A stretch of DNA of 64,000 nt from NCBI GenBank assembly GCA_045863295.1, contig BTWA01000021.1, positions 39,705 through 103,704 on the forward strand, given 5' to 3'. Position numbers and translations under genes: made by a program. The notes beneath the pieces were generated by a model that ran no database searches, was not told the origin of the DNA, and saw only the letters and a list, made by a program, of their open reading frames with translations. Below are positions 37,647 through 47,737 of the stretch, piece after piece. The stretch's first letter is position 1. Every line of letters begins with the position of its first letter. The DNA is from Candidatus Hydrogenedentota bacterium (lineage in GTDB: Bacteria > Hydrogenedentota > Hydrogenedentia > Hydrogenedentales > SLHB01).

Positions 37647-38105
37647 CTAGTTGCCTTCGAACGTGGAGAACACCTTGACATTGTCCTGAAACGATAAGAG
37701 CTTCACGGACAGGTTTGCCCCCGAGGTGCCTTCCACCAATAACGGAATCACCGATCCCGTGGGTATCCCGCCTTGGGTCGGTCCCACCGAAGCGTCGTCA
37801 TCGGAGGTCGTATCCACTGTGTACCACACGGTCGATACCTGTCCGACTTCGAAAAGAGCATTGCTCACGTTGCGTATAATCTTGAATCCATTGGGCGGCA
37901 CGGTAGCGCCCTTCAGCACTTCCAATTGTGCCTTGTTCGGATTCGAATCCGAAATTGTAAGTTTGTCCACGGTAAGGCTGCTGCCGTTGATCAGCCAAAT
38001 CTCAAATGTGGTAGTCGGGAGATTGATGGGGCATCCCGAAAACGCTACCAGGGCAACCCCGAGTGCGGCCGTCATGCTGAGACGGACTATCGAGCGGTAT
38101 AACAT
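37647..38105 (-). CDS. Putative lipoprotein
   Basis: Signal peptide with lipobox-like FSG|C; start uncertain. Confidence 0.65.
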   Translation of the reverse strand: MLYRSIVRLSMTAALGVALVAFSGCPINLPTTTFEIWLINGSSLTVDKLTISDSNPNKAQLEVLKGATVPPNGFKIIRNVSNALFEVGQVSTVWYTVDTTSDDDASVGPTQGGIPTGSVIPLLVEGTSGANLSVKLLSFQDNVKVFSTFEGN

Positions 38106-38189
38106 GGCTGGTCTCCTTAAATGGCCCACATCAACGTTTCAATCAGCCTATCACACCTAGATATTGTAGGCAATACCCAGGAACACCCG

Positions 38190-39017
38190 CTATTCTGTAG
38201 CTTCTGCAATCTCGCCAATGGTCTGCCGTATCAGTTCAGGCCGCGTCCAAATCACGAAATGGCTTTCCTGAGGTTCAATGTGCTCAATCAAGGCCTCCGC
38301 TCCCGTCAAACGGGCCTTGGCGTACGCGGCGTTGGCAATGGGGGTCAGCCAGTCTTTCTCGCCGTGTACGATTGCCACCGCGCACGTTATCCGGGCCAGT
38401 AACGGAGTCAACGCTGCCAACTCGCTATGAAGCGGCAACAGTTCCCGGTTCGATATAACGAGATCGCGGGGCAATATCCTTGGAACGAATCCAAACTCCG
38501 CAATGCGGTTGTACCATTTCGGCCTTTCCAAATCGGGGTCAATGGCATTGGAAACGAGCACCAACCCGCGGACGCGGTCCGGAAAGTCAGCCGCCAACCG
38601 ACACGCTATCGTAGCTCCCAGAGAGTGACCCACGACAATCGGCCAATGCGCCCCCACCTTTTCAAGCAAAGGCGCGATAGCGGCGGCTTGGGCCTTCAAT
38701 GACGGTTCCGGTGAGGAGAGACGCGTCATCCCGAACCCAATGCGATCCACAGATATCGACTCGTATCCATGAATGGGGTCAATTAGATAGCTTTTCCACC
38801 CTTTCGCATCTCCGGGCGAGCCGTGAATATAGAGGATACGCGGCGCGCCGGATGTCCCCGATTGCAGATAACTGGTCGATCCGCCCGAAGGCGTTTCCAC
38901 CTCCAGCCGGTCCACACCTCGTAACGGCCGAGCAGGCGAACGCCGAAAGAGGCCAATAGCAACGCTGGCTGCCATCGCCAGTACTGCAATACCAAACCAA
39001 CGGCGGCTTTGCTTCAT
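38190..39017 (-). CDS. Alpha/beta hydrolase, exported or membrane-anchored
   Basis: HGSPG, GHSLG, HGEKD and a C-terminal H. Confidence 0.92.
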   Translation of the reverse strand: MKQSRRWFGIAVLAMAASVAIGLFRRSPARPLRGVDRLEVETPSGGSTSYLQSGTSGAPRILYIHGSPGDAKGWKSYLIDPIHGYESISVDRIGFGMTRLSSPEPSLKAQAAAIAPLLEKVGAHWPIVVGHSLGATIACRLAADFPDRVRGLVLVSNAIDPDLERPKWYNRIAEFGFVPRILPRDLVISNRELLPLHSELAALTPLLARITCAVAIVHGEKDWLTPIANAAYAKARLTGAEALIEHIEPQESHFVIWTRPELIRQTIGEIAEATE

Positions 39018-39850
39018 ACCGGACGATCGTTCTTATAGGGAAGTGTACAGAGAAACGCGGTGGATAGTCCGCAATGATGTGCGAGTTTTTTCCTTTCGGA
39101 AGTGGTCGTGAAAACCGGATCCCCAAACGACAGTTCCGCTTCAATCTCTCTCAACCCCAGCACGCGCCAGGCGTGTGGGCCAAAGGTATGATCCTTCCAA
39201 TAGGCCACGTCCTCGGCGACGTCAATGCGTGGGTCGTCCGCTCGCCAGCGTATTCCCAGCGGCACAATATTCGCCTCCGCGCGGATCGCCGGTTCGACAA
39301 GCGGAGGATAAAACGGCAGGACGCGATCGTTGCCGGTGGAAGTACCCTCGAGGAACACGCACACCGATTGGCCTTCGCGGAGCCGTTCTTCGATGGCTTC
39401 CGTCACGTCGGCCAAGGCTTTGCTGCGTTTGCGGGAAACGCTGATGTGGCCGCTTACCCGAAATAGCGATCCTACAATGGGCCATGATTCCACATCGGCT
39501 TTTGCCACGAAAAAGCACGGCACAATCGATCCGATGGCGAGAACGTCGAGATAGCCGGAATGATTGGGCGCAATCATGACGCCGTTGGGTGGAATTGGTC
39601 CCGCCACCGAGACTCGAATACCTGCACATCGCCGTAATACCGCTGCCCAGCGCCGGGTCCAGATAGTGCACAACGCGTGCATGCGCGCGCGGTCGCGCAC
39701 GAATAGAATGCGGCAATGCCATACCGTATAGAAGAAGGCGCACGCGAGAAGAATGGCCAGTGTGCGCCATGCCGCGCGAAAGGGGTTTGACCATGCCCGC
39801 CGGACCGCGCCAGCGGAGGGGGCCGCTTGCGTGCCGGGGGACGGCGTCAT
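39014..39850 (-). CDS. PlsC/OlsA-family lyso-lipid acyltransferase
   Basis: NHSGYLD (HX4D), FVAK and FLEGT. Confidence 0.9.
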   Translation of the reverse strand: MTPSPGTQAAPSAGAVRRAWSNPFRAAWRTLAILLACAFFYTVWHCRILFVRDRARMHALCTIWTRRWAAVLRRCAGIRVSVAGPIPPNGVMIAPNHSGYLDVLAIGSIVPCFFVAKADVESWPIVGSLFRVSGHISVSRKRSKALADVTEAIEERLREGQSVCVFLEGTSTGNDRVLPFYPPLVEPAIRAEANIVPLGIRWRADDPRIDVAEDVAYWKDHTFGPHAWRVLGLREIEAELSFGDPVFTTTSERKKLAHHCGLSTAFLCTLPYKNDRPV

Positions 39851-40689
39851 TTCAAAATATCCAACCGCGAGAGTTGCACTTCGTAGCCGTCCAGCAGAAC
39901 CAGGAAATCCACCGTCCGGAATTCGCGATCGATAGCCGGTTCGGAGATCACTTGGACCCCAAGACGCATATAGGTCCGAAACAGTTTGGGCAGGGGCAAT
40001 GGATCGCCAAGTTCAGTGTCGTTCTCACGTGAAGCCATGCCGCACGAATGGGAGGGTAGCGCCGGCAAATACAGTTTTTCGTGAAGGTAGTGGCGCATTC
40101 GTATGGTCTTCATGGCACGCCAACCGTCGTCGGGATCTTGGGTCGTCAGTGAGCAGCAGCCGAACAAATACCGCTGGTCGTGCAGATTCATGAACGCGCC
40201 GACGCCCAACCATAATTGCATAATTGCGGGTAACGTGCGATGGTCCTGTGCCAGACAGGCTCTTCCCAACTCCGTGAGGTGATCGAAATACGGTTCTAGC
40301 TGGGCGAGATCGTATTCCTGCGCCGCATACAATCCTCTATGACGAAGGGCGTGCCGGGCGGCTTGAAGCCGATACGTACCCACGATCCGGTTTTCTTCCG
40401 GATCGACTAGAACGAGGTGTGTCATTTGATCATCGTATTCGTCTCGATCCAACCCGGAAAGTTCCGAGGAAGCAAGCCCTTCGCCCAACTCCACATTGAA
40501 AACTTCGTAGCGCAAACGTTGGGTCTCTTCCAGGGCCTTGTCGGAACACACAAATCCCACGACATATGGGCTCCGGCCGCCAAACGGAAGCGTCAACACA
40601 TCAACGTCATTCCATCGCGCCGAGAGATCGCTGGCATCGCGAATGTCATCCAACCTCAGCGGGGACATCGTAGTCTTCATTGAGGACAT
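39847..40689 (-). CDS. OlsB-like GNAT N-acyltransferase
   Basis: QRLRYEVFNVELG, GLDRDEYD, VGTYRL, ELGRAC, FGCCS and PAIDREF. Confidence 0.88.
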   Translation of the reverse strand: MSSMKTTMSPLRLDDIRDASDLSARWNDVDVLTLPFGGRSPYVVGFVCSDKALEETQRLRYEVFNVELGEGLASSELSGLDRDEYDDQMTHLVLVDPEENRIVGTYRLQAARHALRHRGLYAAQEYDLAQLEPYFDHLTELGRACLAQDHRTLPAIMQLWLGVGAFMNLHDQRYLFGCCSLTTQDPDDGWRAMKTIRMRHYLHEKLYLPALPSHSCGMASRENDTELGDPLPLPKLFRTYMRLGVQVISEPAIDREFRTVDFLVLLDGYEVQLSRLDILK

Positions 40690-40729
40690 GGCTCGAATCT
40701 CCTGTGCCGGTACATCCGTGTCGCGCCGA

Positions 40730-42379
40730 TCAATGGCTCAAGGGATACTTCCTGGACGTCTTCATGTAGTACCGCCAGTCTCGCAGCACCTGCACCACGC
40801 TCAGCGGGCGGTGGCCCATGCGCCGATTCGCGGCGCCGATTTCAAACAGCAGTTCAAACTGCCTGAACAGGGTGCGGTACGCCTCGGACAGGCGCATGGC
40901 CGGATCCCAGATATGGGTGGCTTCCGCGCCGGCGCCGTTAATTTCCACAATGCACCCGTCCCGCCCTTGCAGGAACGCATCCAGACTACGGTACCGAATG
41001 TCGAACCGGCCAAAGTAGAAGTCCGGAATTGATGACGCTATAGCCTCTAGCCATACCCTTAATTCTGGCGTGGCCAGTGCCGTTCCGTCCCTGAATACGG
41101 CTCCTTGTGCATGATTCCCGGCGAATACCAACTCCACACGTTCGCCCTGATCTGGAACCCATCCCAAACGTTCCGCATGGCGTTTCATGTATGTCTGCCT
41201 CACCAACGAAGCCCTTGGATCGGCATCGATCAACGCCTGCAAAGTCCGGTTTCCATCGCCGAAAACGACTGGAAACTCTTTCAAGGTAACCGAAAAAACC
41301 TGTCCCTCAGGCTCGCCCGGAATTCGGCAATACAAGACACCTGCCTCATGTGGGTATGGAACGAGTTCCTGAAGTATGATAGCGCAATTTTTTGGAAATT
41401 GGTGGAAATAATTCAAAAGCGCGGAGTCGTCAACAATTCGCTGCACCCCAGCGCCCCGCTGGCCCAGGTCAGGCTTGGCCACGATTGGGTACGTAATCCC
41501 TTTATTTGAAAGCATTTGCGTTGCTAATGCAACGAGGTCACAAGCGGGACCTAGGCCCCTTTCTACGAGAATAAACGGGGCAAACCATTGGCTTTGGGTT
41601 TCCGGTACCAAACCTAGAATCTGAGATTTCGACTCTCGAATCAGGCCTCCGGAGTAGATGGAAGGATTGGCGGCCGTCGGCAGGGTTAATCCGCGATGCC
41701 GAATAGACAGCCATACGTAGTAAGCCACCACCGGAATATAGAATAGCCAGGGCGGCCAAAACTCGAATACCGAAGCGACAGGCGCAGAATTCGAATCTTG
41801 ACGGGGTTTGTCCTTACGCATTCGCTTGCCAACTCGATGCTCGACTAAGACCAGCAATGCCACGAATCCGATGCCCACAGGCCATTTAGCGCGCCCCAAC
41901 ACGGGAAGTACCGATTCTCCTATTTGGCTCACGATTGTCAGAAGTAGAAGTGACCAAATTATCGAAGCCGCGATCGCAACAATCACGAATCTTGGAAAGG
42001 ACGCCCGGAAAGCACCCGCCCCCAGGTAGGTGGGTAACCGAGTTCCGGGAATGAATCGCGCGGCACCGACGGCAAGGTAGAGGTTGCGATCAAACCAGCG
42101 ATTCACGCGTTGCGTTCGATCATGGGATAATCCCGCCAAGGAAATTGCGGCGGGGCCCAACAGCCGTCCGATCAAGTACAGCCCAATGTCACCGATAGCG
42201 ATCCCTGCGGCAACTCCAATTAACGCTGTCACGAATGACATCCGGCCGTCCGCCACAAACAGCCCACAGCTCGCTGTCGTGGCATCTTCCAGAACAAAGG
42301 TCGCCAGAGCGGCAAGCAATGCCTGCAACCATGGTGTATCCGGTAGCCGCGATATGGATTCTGCCAGCCATGCCGGCAC
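40730..42379 (-). CDS. DedA/VTT membrane domain fused to an ATP-grasp domain
   Basis: ATFVLED and ARFIPGTRLP (DedA); FEFWPPW, ANPSI, KPDLGQRGAGV, GRFDIR and EING (ATP-grasp). Start 42379-42430. Confidence 0.85.
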   Translation of the reverse strand: MPAWLAESISRLPDTPWLQALLAALATFVLEDATTASCGLFVADGRMSFVTALIGVAAGIAIGDIGLYLIGRLLGPAAISLAGLSHDRTQRVNRWFDRNLYLAVGAARFIPGTRLPTYLGAGAFRASFPRFVIVAIAASIIWSLLLLTIVSQIGESVLPVLGRAKWPVGIGFVALLVLVEHRVGKRMRKDKPRQDSNSAPVASVFEFWPPWLFYIPVVAYYVWLSIRHRGLTLPTAANPSIYSGGLIRESKSQILGLVPETQSQWFAPFILVERGLGPACDLVALATQMLSNKGITYPIVAKPDLGQRGAGVQRIVDDSALLNYFHQFPKNCAIILQELVPYPHEAGVLYCRIPGEPEGQVFSVTLKEFPVVFGDGNRTLQALIDADPRASLVRQTYMKRHAERLGWVPDQGERVELVFAGNHAQGAVFRDGTALATPELRVWLEAIASSIPDFYFGRFDIRYRSLDAFLQGRDGCIVEINGAGAEATHIWDPAMRLSEAYRTLFRQFELLFEIGAANRRMGHRPLSVVQVLRDWRYYMKTSRKYPLSH

Positions 42380-42381
42380 GG

Positions 42382-43152
42382 TCAGATCACGTCCCGCGGT
42401 AGGCCGGGGGCTGATACCGGCAGCTGGCACACGGACGAAGGGTGAAACGGATCCGGTGTCTGGCCTGCGTCGCGGCTCCAGTACCGCATTTTCACGAAAT
42501 CCCGCTGAACTTCACATTGCGTGATGCTATGCGTGCGCGAGGACGGCCGATCCATCAATGGCGTGTAGGCTTCCTGGCCTGCCCGCCTTTCCAGGTGAAT
42601 CAATGGCAAGAACCCTTCGATCGGGCTTCCCTGTAACTGCCACAGTTCATAGGCCCTGTTTCGGTGTGCGATGACCTCTTCTGTATTCCATAACGAAGAC
42701 GCAAAGAAGTGCCCGCCGCGCTCTAAAGAGGAAATCTTCCACCCGCCGTGTCCATCCCATTCTGCACAGAGCATTCCGTCCAGAGACGTAATCAACAAAG
42801 TAAATGAAGGATAGACATCCGGGCTGAAGTCCGATTCAAGCCAGCGTCGAACAGAATCAAACGAACCCTTTTCCATGGCAGCGGAGACAACGAATCCGCG
42901 GCTGGGTTTGTCTTTGGGAATGGCGCCGGAGTTATCCTCGCCCGGCGTATACCCGTTGAGCAGGCACGCACTGACGCCGGCTGCATTGACGGCCATCCAA
43001 GTGCCGCCGCGTTCGCCGTCCATCGGCGCGATCCATGGCAATGCACCGGCATGTAATGCTGGAGGTCGTTCGGGCGCACGGGCTATGGCCTCATCGCGAT
43101 TCATCGTCAACCGCAAAAACTCGTGCTCGGCCTGAATGGTGACGGTACACAT
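42382..43152 (-). CDS. NRDE/TANGO2-family protein
   Basis: MCTV...NRDE, GGTW, CLLNG and SRG. Confidence 0.92.
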   Translation of the reverse strand: MCTVTIQAEHEFLRLTMNRDEAIARAPERPPALHAGALPWIAPMDGERGGTWMAVNAAGVSACLLNGYTPGEDNSGAIPKDKPSRGFVVSAAMEKGSFDSVRRWLESDFSPDVYPSFTLLITSLDGMLCAEWDGHGGWKISSLERGGHFFASSLWNTEEVIAHRNRAYELWQLQGSPIEGFLPLIHLERRAGQEAYTPLMDRPSSRTHSITQCEVQRDFVKMRYWSRDAGQTPDPFHPSSVCQLPVSAPGLPRDVI

Positions 43153-43164
43153 GCGCGCCGGTGG

Positions 43165-43692
43165 TCAGGCGTCTCCTACGGCAGCGCGATGCGCGGCGGT
43201 CGAATAAGCAAGAGACAACTCCGGGCTTATGGACAATTTCAATGACTCCGCCAGATGCATCGCCATGGCCACGTGGTGAATAGTATGGTGCGAAAGAAAC
43301 ATCAACTCGCGGCCGACCGTGCTCTGCATCGCCACGGCGTGGACGCCGGATGCGGGCGATTGCCTTACCGAAACAACCGTTGTCAGAGCCGTGGGATTAA
43401 TGGCCTGTAGTCTTTCCATCGCGGCTGCAAGGGCAACTCTAAATGCCCGCGCATTGCTCTCTATGATTGGGTTCCGATCGCGTTGATCGTAATCCATGGC
43501 GCCGGTCTCGATTCCGCGCAGAAAACAAAGCAAATGATCCAGACAATGGCGCATGTGAGAACCGATGGTCTGCCCGCCGAGACTCCGGGTGGAGAAATAG
43601 ATTTCCGACGCCGCATCGGCGACGATTTCGCATCGTCGAAAGGCTTCAATGCATCCGGTCAAAACAGAATCAACATCATAAGAATTTGCCAT
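43165..43692 (-). CDS. DinB-family protein
   Basis: IGSHMRHCLDH, DYDQRDR and RELMFLSHHTIHH. Confidence 0.88.
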   Translation of the reverse strand: MANSYDVDSVLTGCIEAFRRCEIVADAASEIYFSTRSLGGQTIGSHMRHCLDHLLCFLRGIETGAMDYDQRDRNPIIESNARAFRVALAAAMERLQAINPTALTTVVSVRQSPASGVHAVAMQSTVGRELMFLSHHTIHHVAMAMHLAESLKLSISPELSLAYSTAAHRAAVGDA

Positions 43693-43733
43693 GACTTCGG
43701 GTTCCTGCAGGGTATTTCTCTAAACCGGCACTA

Positions 43734-43769
43734 CCACATGCATTCAAACGAGCGGCCATATGCATTCAA
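43734..43769. promoter_or_regulatory. Direct-repeat regulator binding site
   Basis: CCA(C/T)ATGCATTCAA twice with 22-bp periodicity, upstream of the dinB-family gene. Confidence 0.6.
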
Positions 43770-43782
43770 TCCGCGGGAAAAA

Positions 43783-45072
43783 TTATGGAACAATCGGTTG
43801 CACCCACGCCATCTCCACGTCCCCTTCCTTGAATGGGTCGCTTTTCAATTTGGAGGAAACGATCTTGACCCGCACATAGAGTTCGTTGCCCGTCACCGGA
43901 TAGACGGCCGGATTCTCCGTGGTTTCCAGCAGCACTTTGCCAATGGCATCGGAGTATTTCTTCGTGTTGCGGTCGCTCTTTCCGTCTTCGCCGGCAACAA
44001 GTTCACCGTTTGTATCCACCCCTTTCATCGTACCTATGAACTGGGTGGTGTACGTTACGCCGGGCTCGGATTTCATTTGCACCCGGAATTCACTTTGGGT
44101 CCAAGATATCTCGTCCACAACTACTCCAGAACTCGCGTAGAAATGGCCTTTGTGCATGGCCTCGATTAGCGCCTCGGCCGACAATTCCGGTGAAAGCACC
44201 ATGCACCATCCGCGTCCGGGGATAGAACCGCCGGGGCCGCGCTTGTAGTAGTTGTGAGCGTCGTCGGTGCCGACGCCGTACAAAGGGCGTTCCTTTTGTG
44301 CACTCAGCCGAATCGCCAGAACGATATCCCACAACCTATCGGTAGAAACCTTGTTCAGACTGGAATCGCCCCAGTTACGCACGCCTCCATGCCCGTTGTA
44401 GACCTCGAAAAACCGTTCCGCGCCGGAGGCAATGATATCTTCCGCGGTGAGACCTTCGCCCCAATTTGGGTGATTGATGTGCGCGAGCACTTTCCGGCCA
44501 AGCCGTTTGCCCTGATCTTCGACCGCGGAAATGTTGTATATCAGCGCAGTCACCGGTTCACCACCAATGCGCGGCTTGATGGGTTCACCCACATTGACGC
44601 CATTGACATGAACCGAAGGCGTCGCCGAGGTAATTTCCTCCGCCTGTATGGACAGAAACTTTCCCGGCTCGTCGAATCGCGCCTGCAACTCGTCGAACGT
44701 CTTCAACTTCATTTGCAAACGGCCGTCTTCCTCTTTCGTCACTACCCAATCCGCCCCAAACGTGTCCTTAATCGCCTGTAAATGGTCCGGGGTAAGCTTC
44801 ATGTCTGGAGCAACATAACGCCACTGATCGCCGATCATCAGTGTGTTGTGCTCGGACATGCAGAGGAAGTCATAGCCGTGCGACTTGTACCATTCCAGCG
44901 CCACTTCCGGAGGCGCATCGCCGTCTGACCAAAGACTATGTGTATGCGTATTGCCTTTGAACCACCGAAGACCATCACCCTCTTTCAGCGTAACGCCTTG
45001 GCCCGATGCCGTGCAGGCCGTCGCCATGGCCAGAAGTGCAATTACTCGCACGTGCACAATACGGAAGCGCAT
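43783..45072 (-). CDS. Secreted PHP-family metallohydrolase
   Basis: Signal peptide; GNTHTHSLWSDGD, SEHN, NHPN and TDDAH. Confidence 0.85.
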   Translation of the reverse strand: MRFRIVHVRVIALLAMATACTASGQGVTLKEGDGLRWFKGNTHTHSLWSDGDAPPEVALEWYKSHGYDFLCMSEHNTLMIGDQWRYVAPDMKLTPDHLQAIKDTFGADWVVTKEEDGRLQMKLKTFDELQARFDEPGKFLSIQAEEITSATPSVHVNGVNVGEPIKPRIGGEPVTALIYNISAVEDQGKRLGRKVLAHINHPNWGEGLTAEDIIASGAERFFEVYNGHGGVRNWGDSSLNKVSTDRLWDIVLAIRLSAQKERPLYGVGTDDAHNYYKRGPGGSIPGRGWCMVLSPELSAEALIEAMHKGHFYASSGVVVDEISWTQSEFRVQMKSEPGVTYTTQFIGTMKGVDTNGELVAGEDGKSDRNTKKYSDAIGKVLLETTENPAVYPVTGNELYVRVKIVSSKLKSDPFKEGDVEMAWVQPIVP

Positions 45073-45144
45073 GAAGTTTCTCCAGAAAAAGACAGTGTTG
45101 CCCGCAATTTCGCACCCAAGTACCAAGGACTGACCCAGAGTCTA

Positions 45145-47538
45145 TCATGCCCTCCCCGATTCATGGTAGACGCGAACTTCGTAGATTCGGGCTGAAGGCA
45201 ACCCGTTGGTAGCGTCTACAGCGATGCGCAAGCGTCCGGACTTGACGGTGTCGAATACGTGGGTTCGACGCCTGAAATAGTTGTCCTTCGCCTCCGCCAG
45301 AGAACGCCAGCCCAAGCCTTCCGGTATTTCCACTCGATAATCCTTCACACACTCCGGGTACCGGAATAGCGGCAGGAGTACCCGCCGATTCATATTCGTG
45401 TCGAATGTGATTTCGACCGTGTTAAAAGTGACGGGCCTGGGCCACTGCAACTCCAACCACGCGGGCAATCCCGCATCCGGATCGGAAATCCATAGATTAG
45501 TCCACTGGTCGGGCCGGTTCGCGCCTCGAATGGCATTACTGGCCGAGAACGGCCTGCTGTCGGGTGTCAATCGCATGGTGAAGTTTCGCCCCTGTGTGTA
45601 GGGCCGCCAGCGGCTCGGACCGGGCCGGCTGGCCGCTGTAACTCCGACAGGACAAGGCGACCAGGGCGCTGTATCGGATTCCTGGTGCATTTTCCAGAAA
45701 ACGCCTGGGGCGATCTCCAACTGAAAGAACGCAAGCCGGTTGGGTTTTGCCGCGACATTCACAGAAAACTTCGCCCAATGCGGCGCACCGGCCTTTATTG
45801 TGGAGGTCGCACGACCCAAATGCCGGCCTTCGCGAAAATCCCACACGTGCGCGGCTTCATGGACGTCGAGTACCAACTCCACATCCTGTCCAGTGCGGTT
45901 TTCCAGTAGCAGCTCGATGGTATCGATTCGGCGACCTGACACCGGCACTACCTGCCCCAGAGGCATTTTCAGTTCATACTCCGTGGTGGAATTCGGGAAC
46001 AACAGCGGCGCCTCGCTGCTTGCCGACGCACGAGCCTTGCGCGCCAAATCGTTCGGATCTTCATTCACCACGCCCGGAATCGACGCACCCTGGCGCAGCA
46101 ACTTCTGCTGGCACTCCTTGGCGTATTTTGCAGCCACTTCCCGGGGCTTCAGGCCGTGCTCCTTGCAAAGGCTCGCGGCCACACCTACGGCCTCGCCCAC
46201 GATGCTACCCGTGGATAATACGCGTGTCGAGGCAAATGCCACGTACGATCCACTGATGGGGCGTCCCGCCATCATCAGGTTAGATACATTTCGGGAGTAC
46301 AAGGCGCGCAACGGGATGCCATACGGCATCGTGCCATACGCTTCCCATTTGTCGTCCCGGCCGGGAGGCGGATAAGGCTCCTCTTTTCGGTTCAAGATTC
46401 CGCCCTGCACATGGATGTCGATGCCCCACACCCCATAGGCCACCGTATCGGGCAGGATTTCGGGATTCTGTATGTGTTGCTGTTTAATGACGTAGTCGCC
46501 GAGAATGCGCCTGCATTCGCGTTTGTAGGGCCAGAACCCGGCGAACTCCAATCCGTAGTTTTCCGCGCCGTGATCACCTTTGTTCTTGATATGATCCCAT
46601 ACGCCCAGCAACTGCCGCAGACCCTCATGCACAATTGCGTTGTTGTCTTGAATTGGATGGTAGGGCGCGCCCACTTCGATCCACCAATATCCGCCTTCAA
46701 ATTGCGAATGATTCCGGTTCGGCAGATCGTCTTCGGTGGGAAACTCCGCCGCCCAATCCGGCCGCTTGAATGGAACCGGCTTACCCGTGTCAATGGCGCG
46801 AAAAAAGAGCGTATTGCCCATCAATTGCTCGTCGGCCTTGTGGGGCGCCAGCGCTTCGCCATACTCATCCTGCCCCTCTCGGCCCCAGCGATACTCCGCC
46901 CCCGCCTTATGCGCCAGCACGCCGTCGCCCGAGGCATCGACAAACAACGGCGCATGAATCAAGAACGACTTCTCCGTGCCGAGTTGAATGCAGTACACCG
47001 ATTCGATGACGGCCGCATTCTTCATAATTACGCGGTGCATGTGTGTATTCAGCAACAGTGTGATGTTCGGTTCGCGAATTACCCATTCGTACAGCACCAG
47101 ATCCCAATGGCAGTTCATCGTACCTTCGCGGTAGGCGAGGTGATTGCGCACCCGATCTTCGATGTGAAACTCGTCGTGAATCCCGCCTTCCTTGATCCAT
47201 GGCTGGTGTCCGCTATTGTTCTCCGGATACAGCTTTACTTCGGTAGATGAATTGCCACCCAGCATCGATCGCTCATGCACCAGCGCCACTTTGACGCCGT
47301 TGCGCGCGGCACTGATTGCGGCCGAGGTGCCCGCTATGCCGCCACCAACCACCACCAGGTCAAATGACAGTTTGATCGCATCTGGATCCTCCACAGTCAC
47401 TCGTTCTACGGGCGCATCCTTGTACTCCCCCAGGGCCGCTGGTGCCGCCTCCACGCGGGGCCCTGTCATGCCTGTCACCACACCTCCGCCCAGAAACGCT
47501 GACAGCGATCGAATCAAGTCTCGCCGCTTCCAAATCAT
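45145..47538 (-). CDS. Tat-exported FAD-dependent oxidoreductase with C-terminal discoidin-like domains
   Basis: KRRDLI signal; VVGGGIAG, LGGNSS, DASGDG, RECRRILG and PYGIPLRAL. Confidence 0.88.
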   Translation of the reverse strand: MIWKRRDLIRSLSAFLGGGVVTGMTGPRVEAAPAALGEYKDAPVERVTVEDPDAIKLSFDLVVVGGGIAGTSAAISAARNGVKVALVHERSMLGGNSSTEVKLYPENNSGHQPWIKEGGIHDEFHIEDRVRNHLAYREGTMNCHWDLVLYEWVIREPNITLLLNTHMHRVIMKNAAVIESVYCIQLGTEKSFLIHAPLFVDASGDGVLAHKAGAEYRWGREGQDEYGEALAPHKADEQLMGNTLFFRAIDTGKPVPFKRPDWAAEFPTEDDLPNRNHSQFEGGYWWIEVGAPYHPIQDNNAIVHEGLRQLLGVWDHIKNKGDHGAENYGLEFAGFWPYKRECRRILGDYVIKQQHIQNPEILPDTVAYGVWGIDIHVQGGILNRKEEPYPPPGRDDKWEAYGTMPYGIPLRALYSRNVSNLMMAGRPISGSYVAFASTRVLSTGSIVGEAVGVAASLCKEHGLKPREVAAKYAKECQQKLLRQGASIPGVVNEDPNDLARKARASASSEAPLLFPNSTTEYELKMPLGQVVPVSGRRIDTIELLLENRTGQDVELVLDVHEAAHVWDFREGRHLGRATSTIKAGAPHWAKFSVNVAAKPNRLAFFQLEIAPGVFWKMHQESDTAPWSPCPVGVTAASRPGPSRWRPYTQGRNFTMRLTPDSRPFSASNAIRGANRPDQWTNLWISDPDAGLPAWLELQWPRPVTFNTVEITFDTNMNRRVLLPLFRYPECVKDYRVEIPEGLGWRSLAEAKDNYFRRRTHVFDTVKSGRLRIAVDATNGLPSARIYEVRVYHESGRA

Positions 47539-47670
47539 GACCCCGCCCCCCTTGGTTCGTGATGGATTCCATGTGGCCCGCCCCGTTGTAGCGGAGTTGG
47601 ACCGGGGTTTCAAGTTTGCTTGCGGGCTTACTGTGGACGGCAAACTGCCACACAGCTTGAGGGCAAAACA

Positions 47671-47705
47671 AAACGCGAGGCGGAGCAACATGAGCCGCCT
47701 CGCGC
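47671..47705 (-). terminator. Intrinsic terminator after phoX
   Basis: CGCGAGGCGG...CCGCCTCGCG with a T-tract on the minus strand. Confidence 0.7.
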
Positions 47706-47737
47706 GAAGGAGGTCAACACCCGGAACCGGCGAAAAC

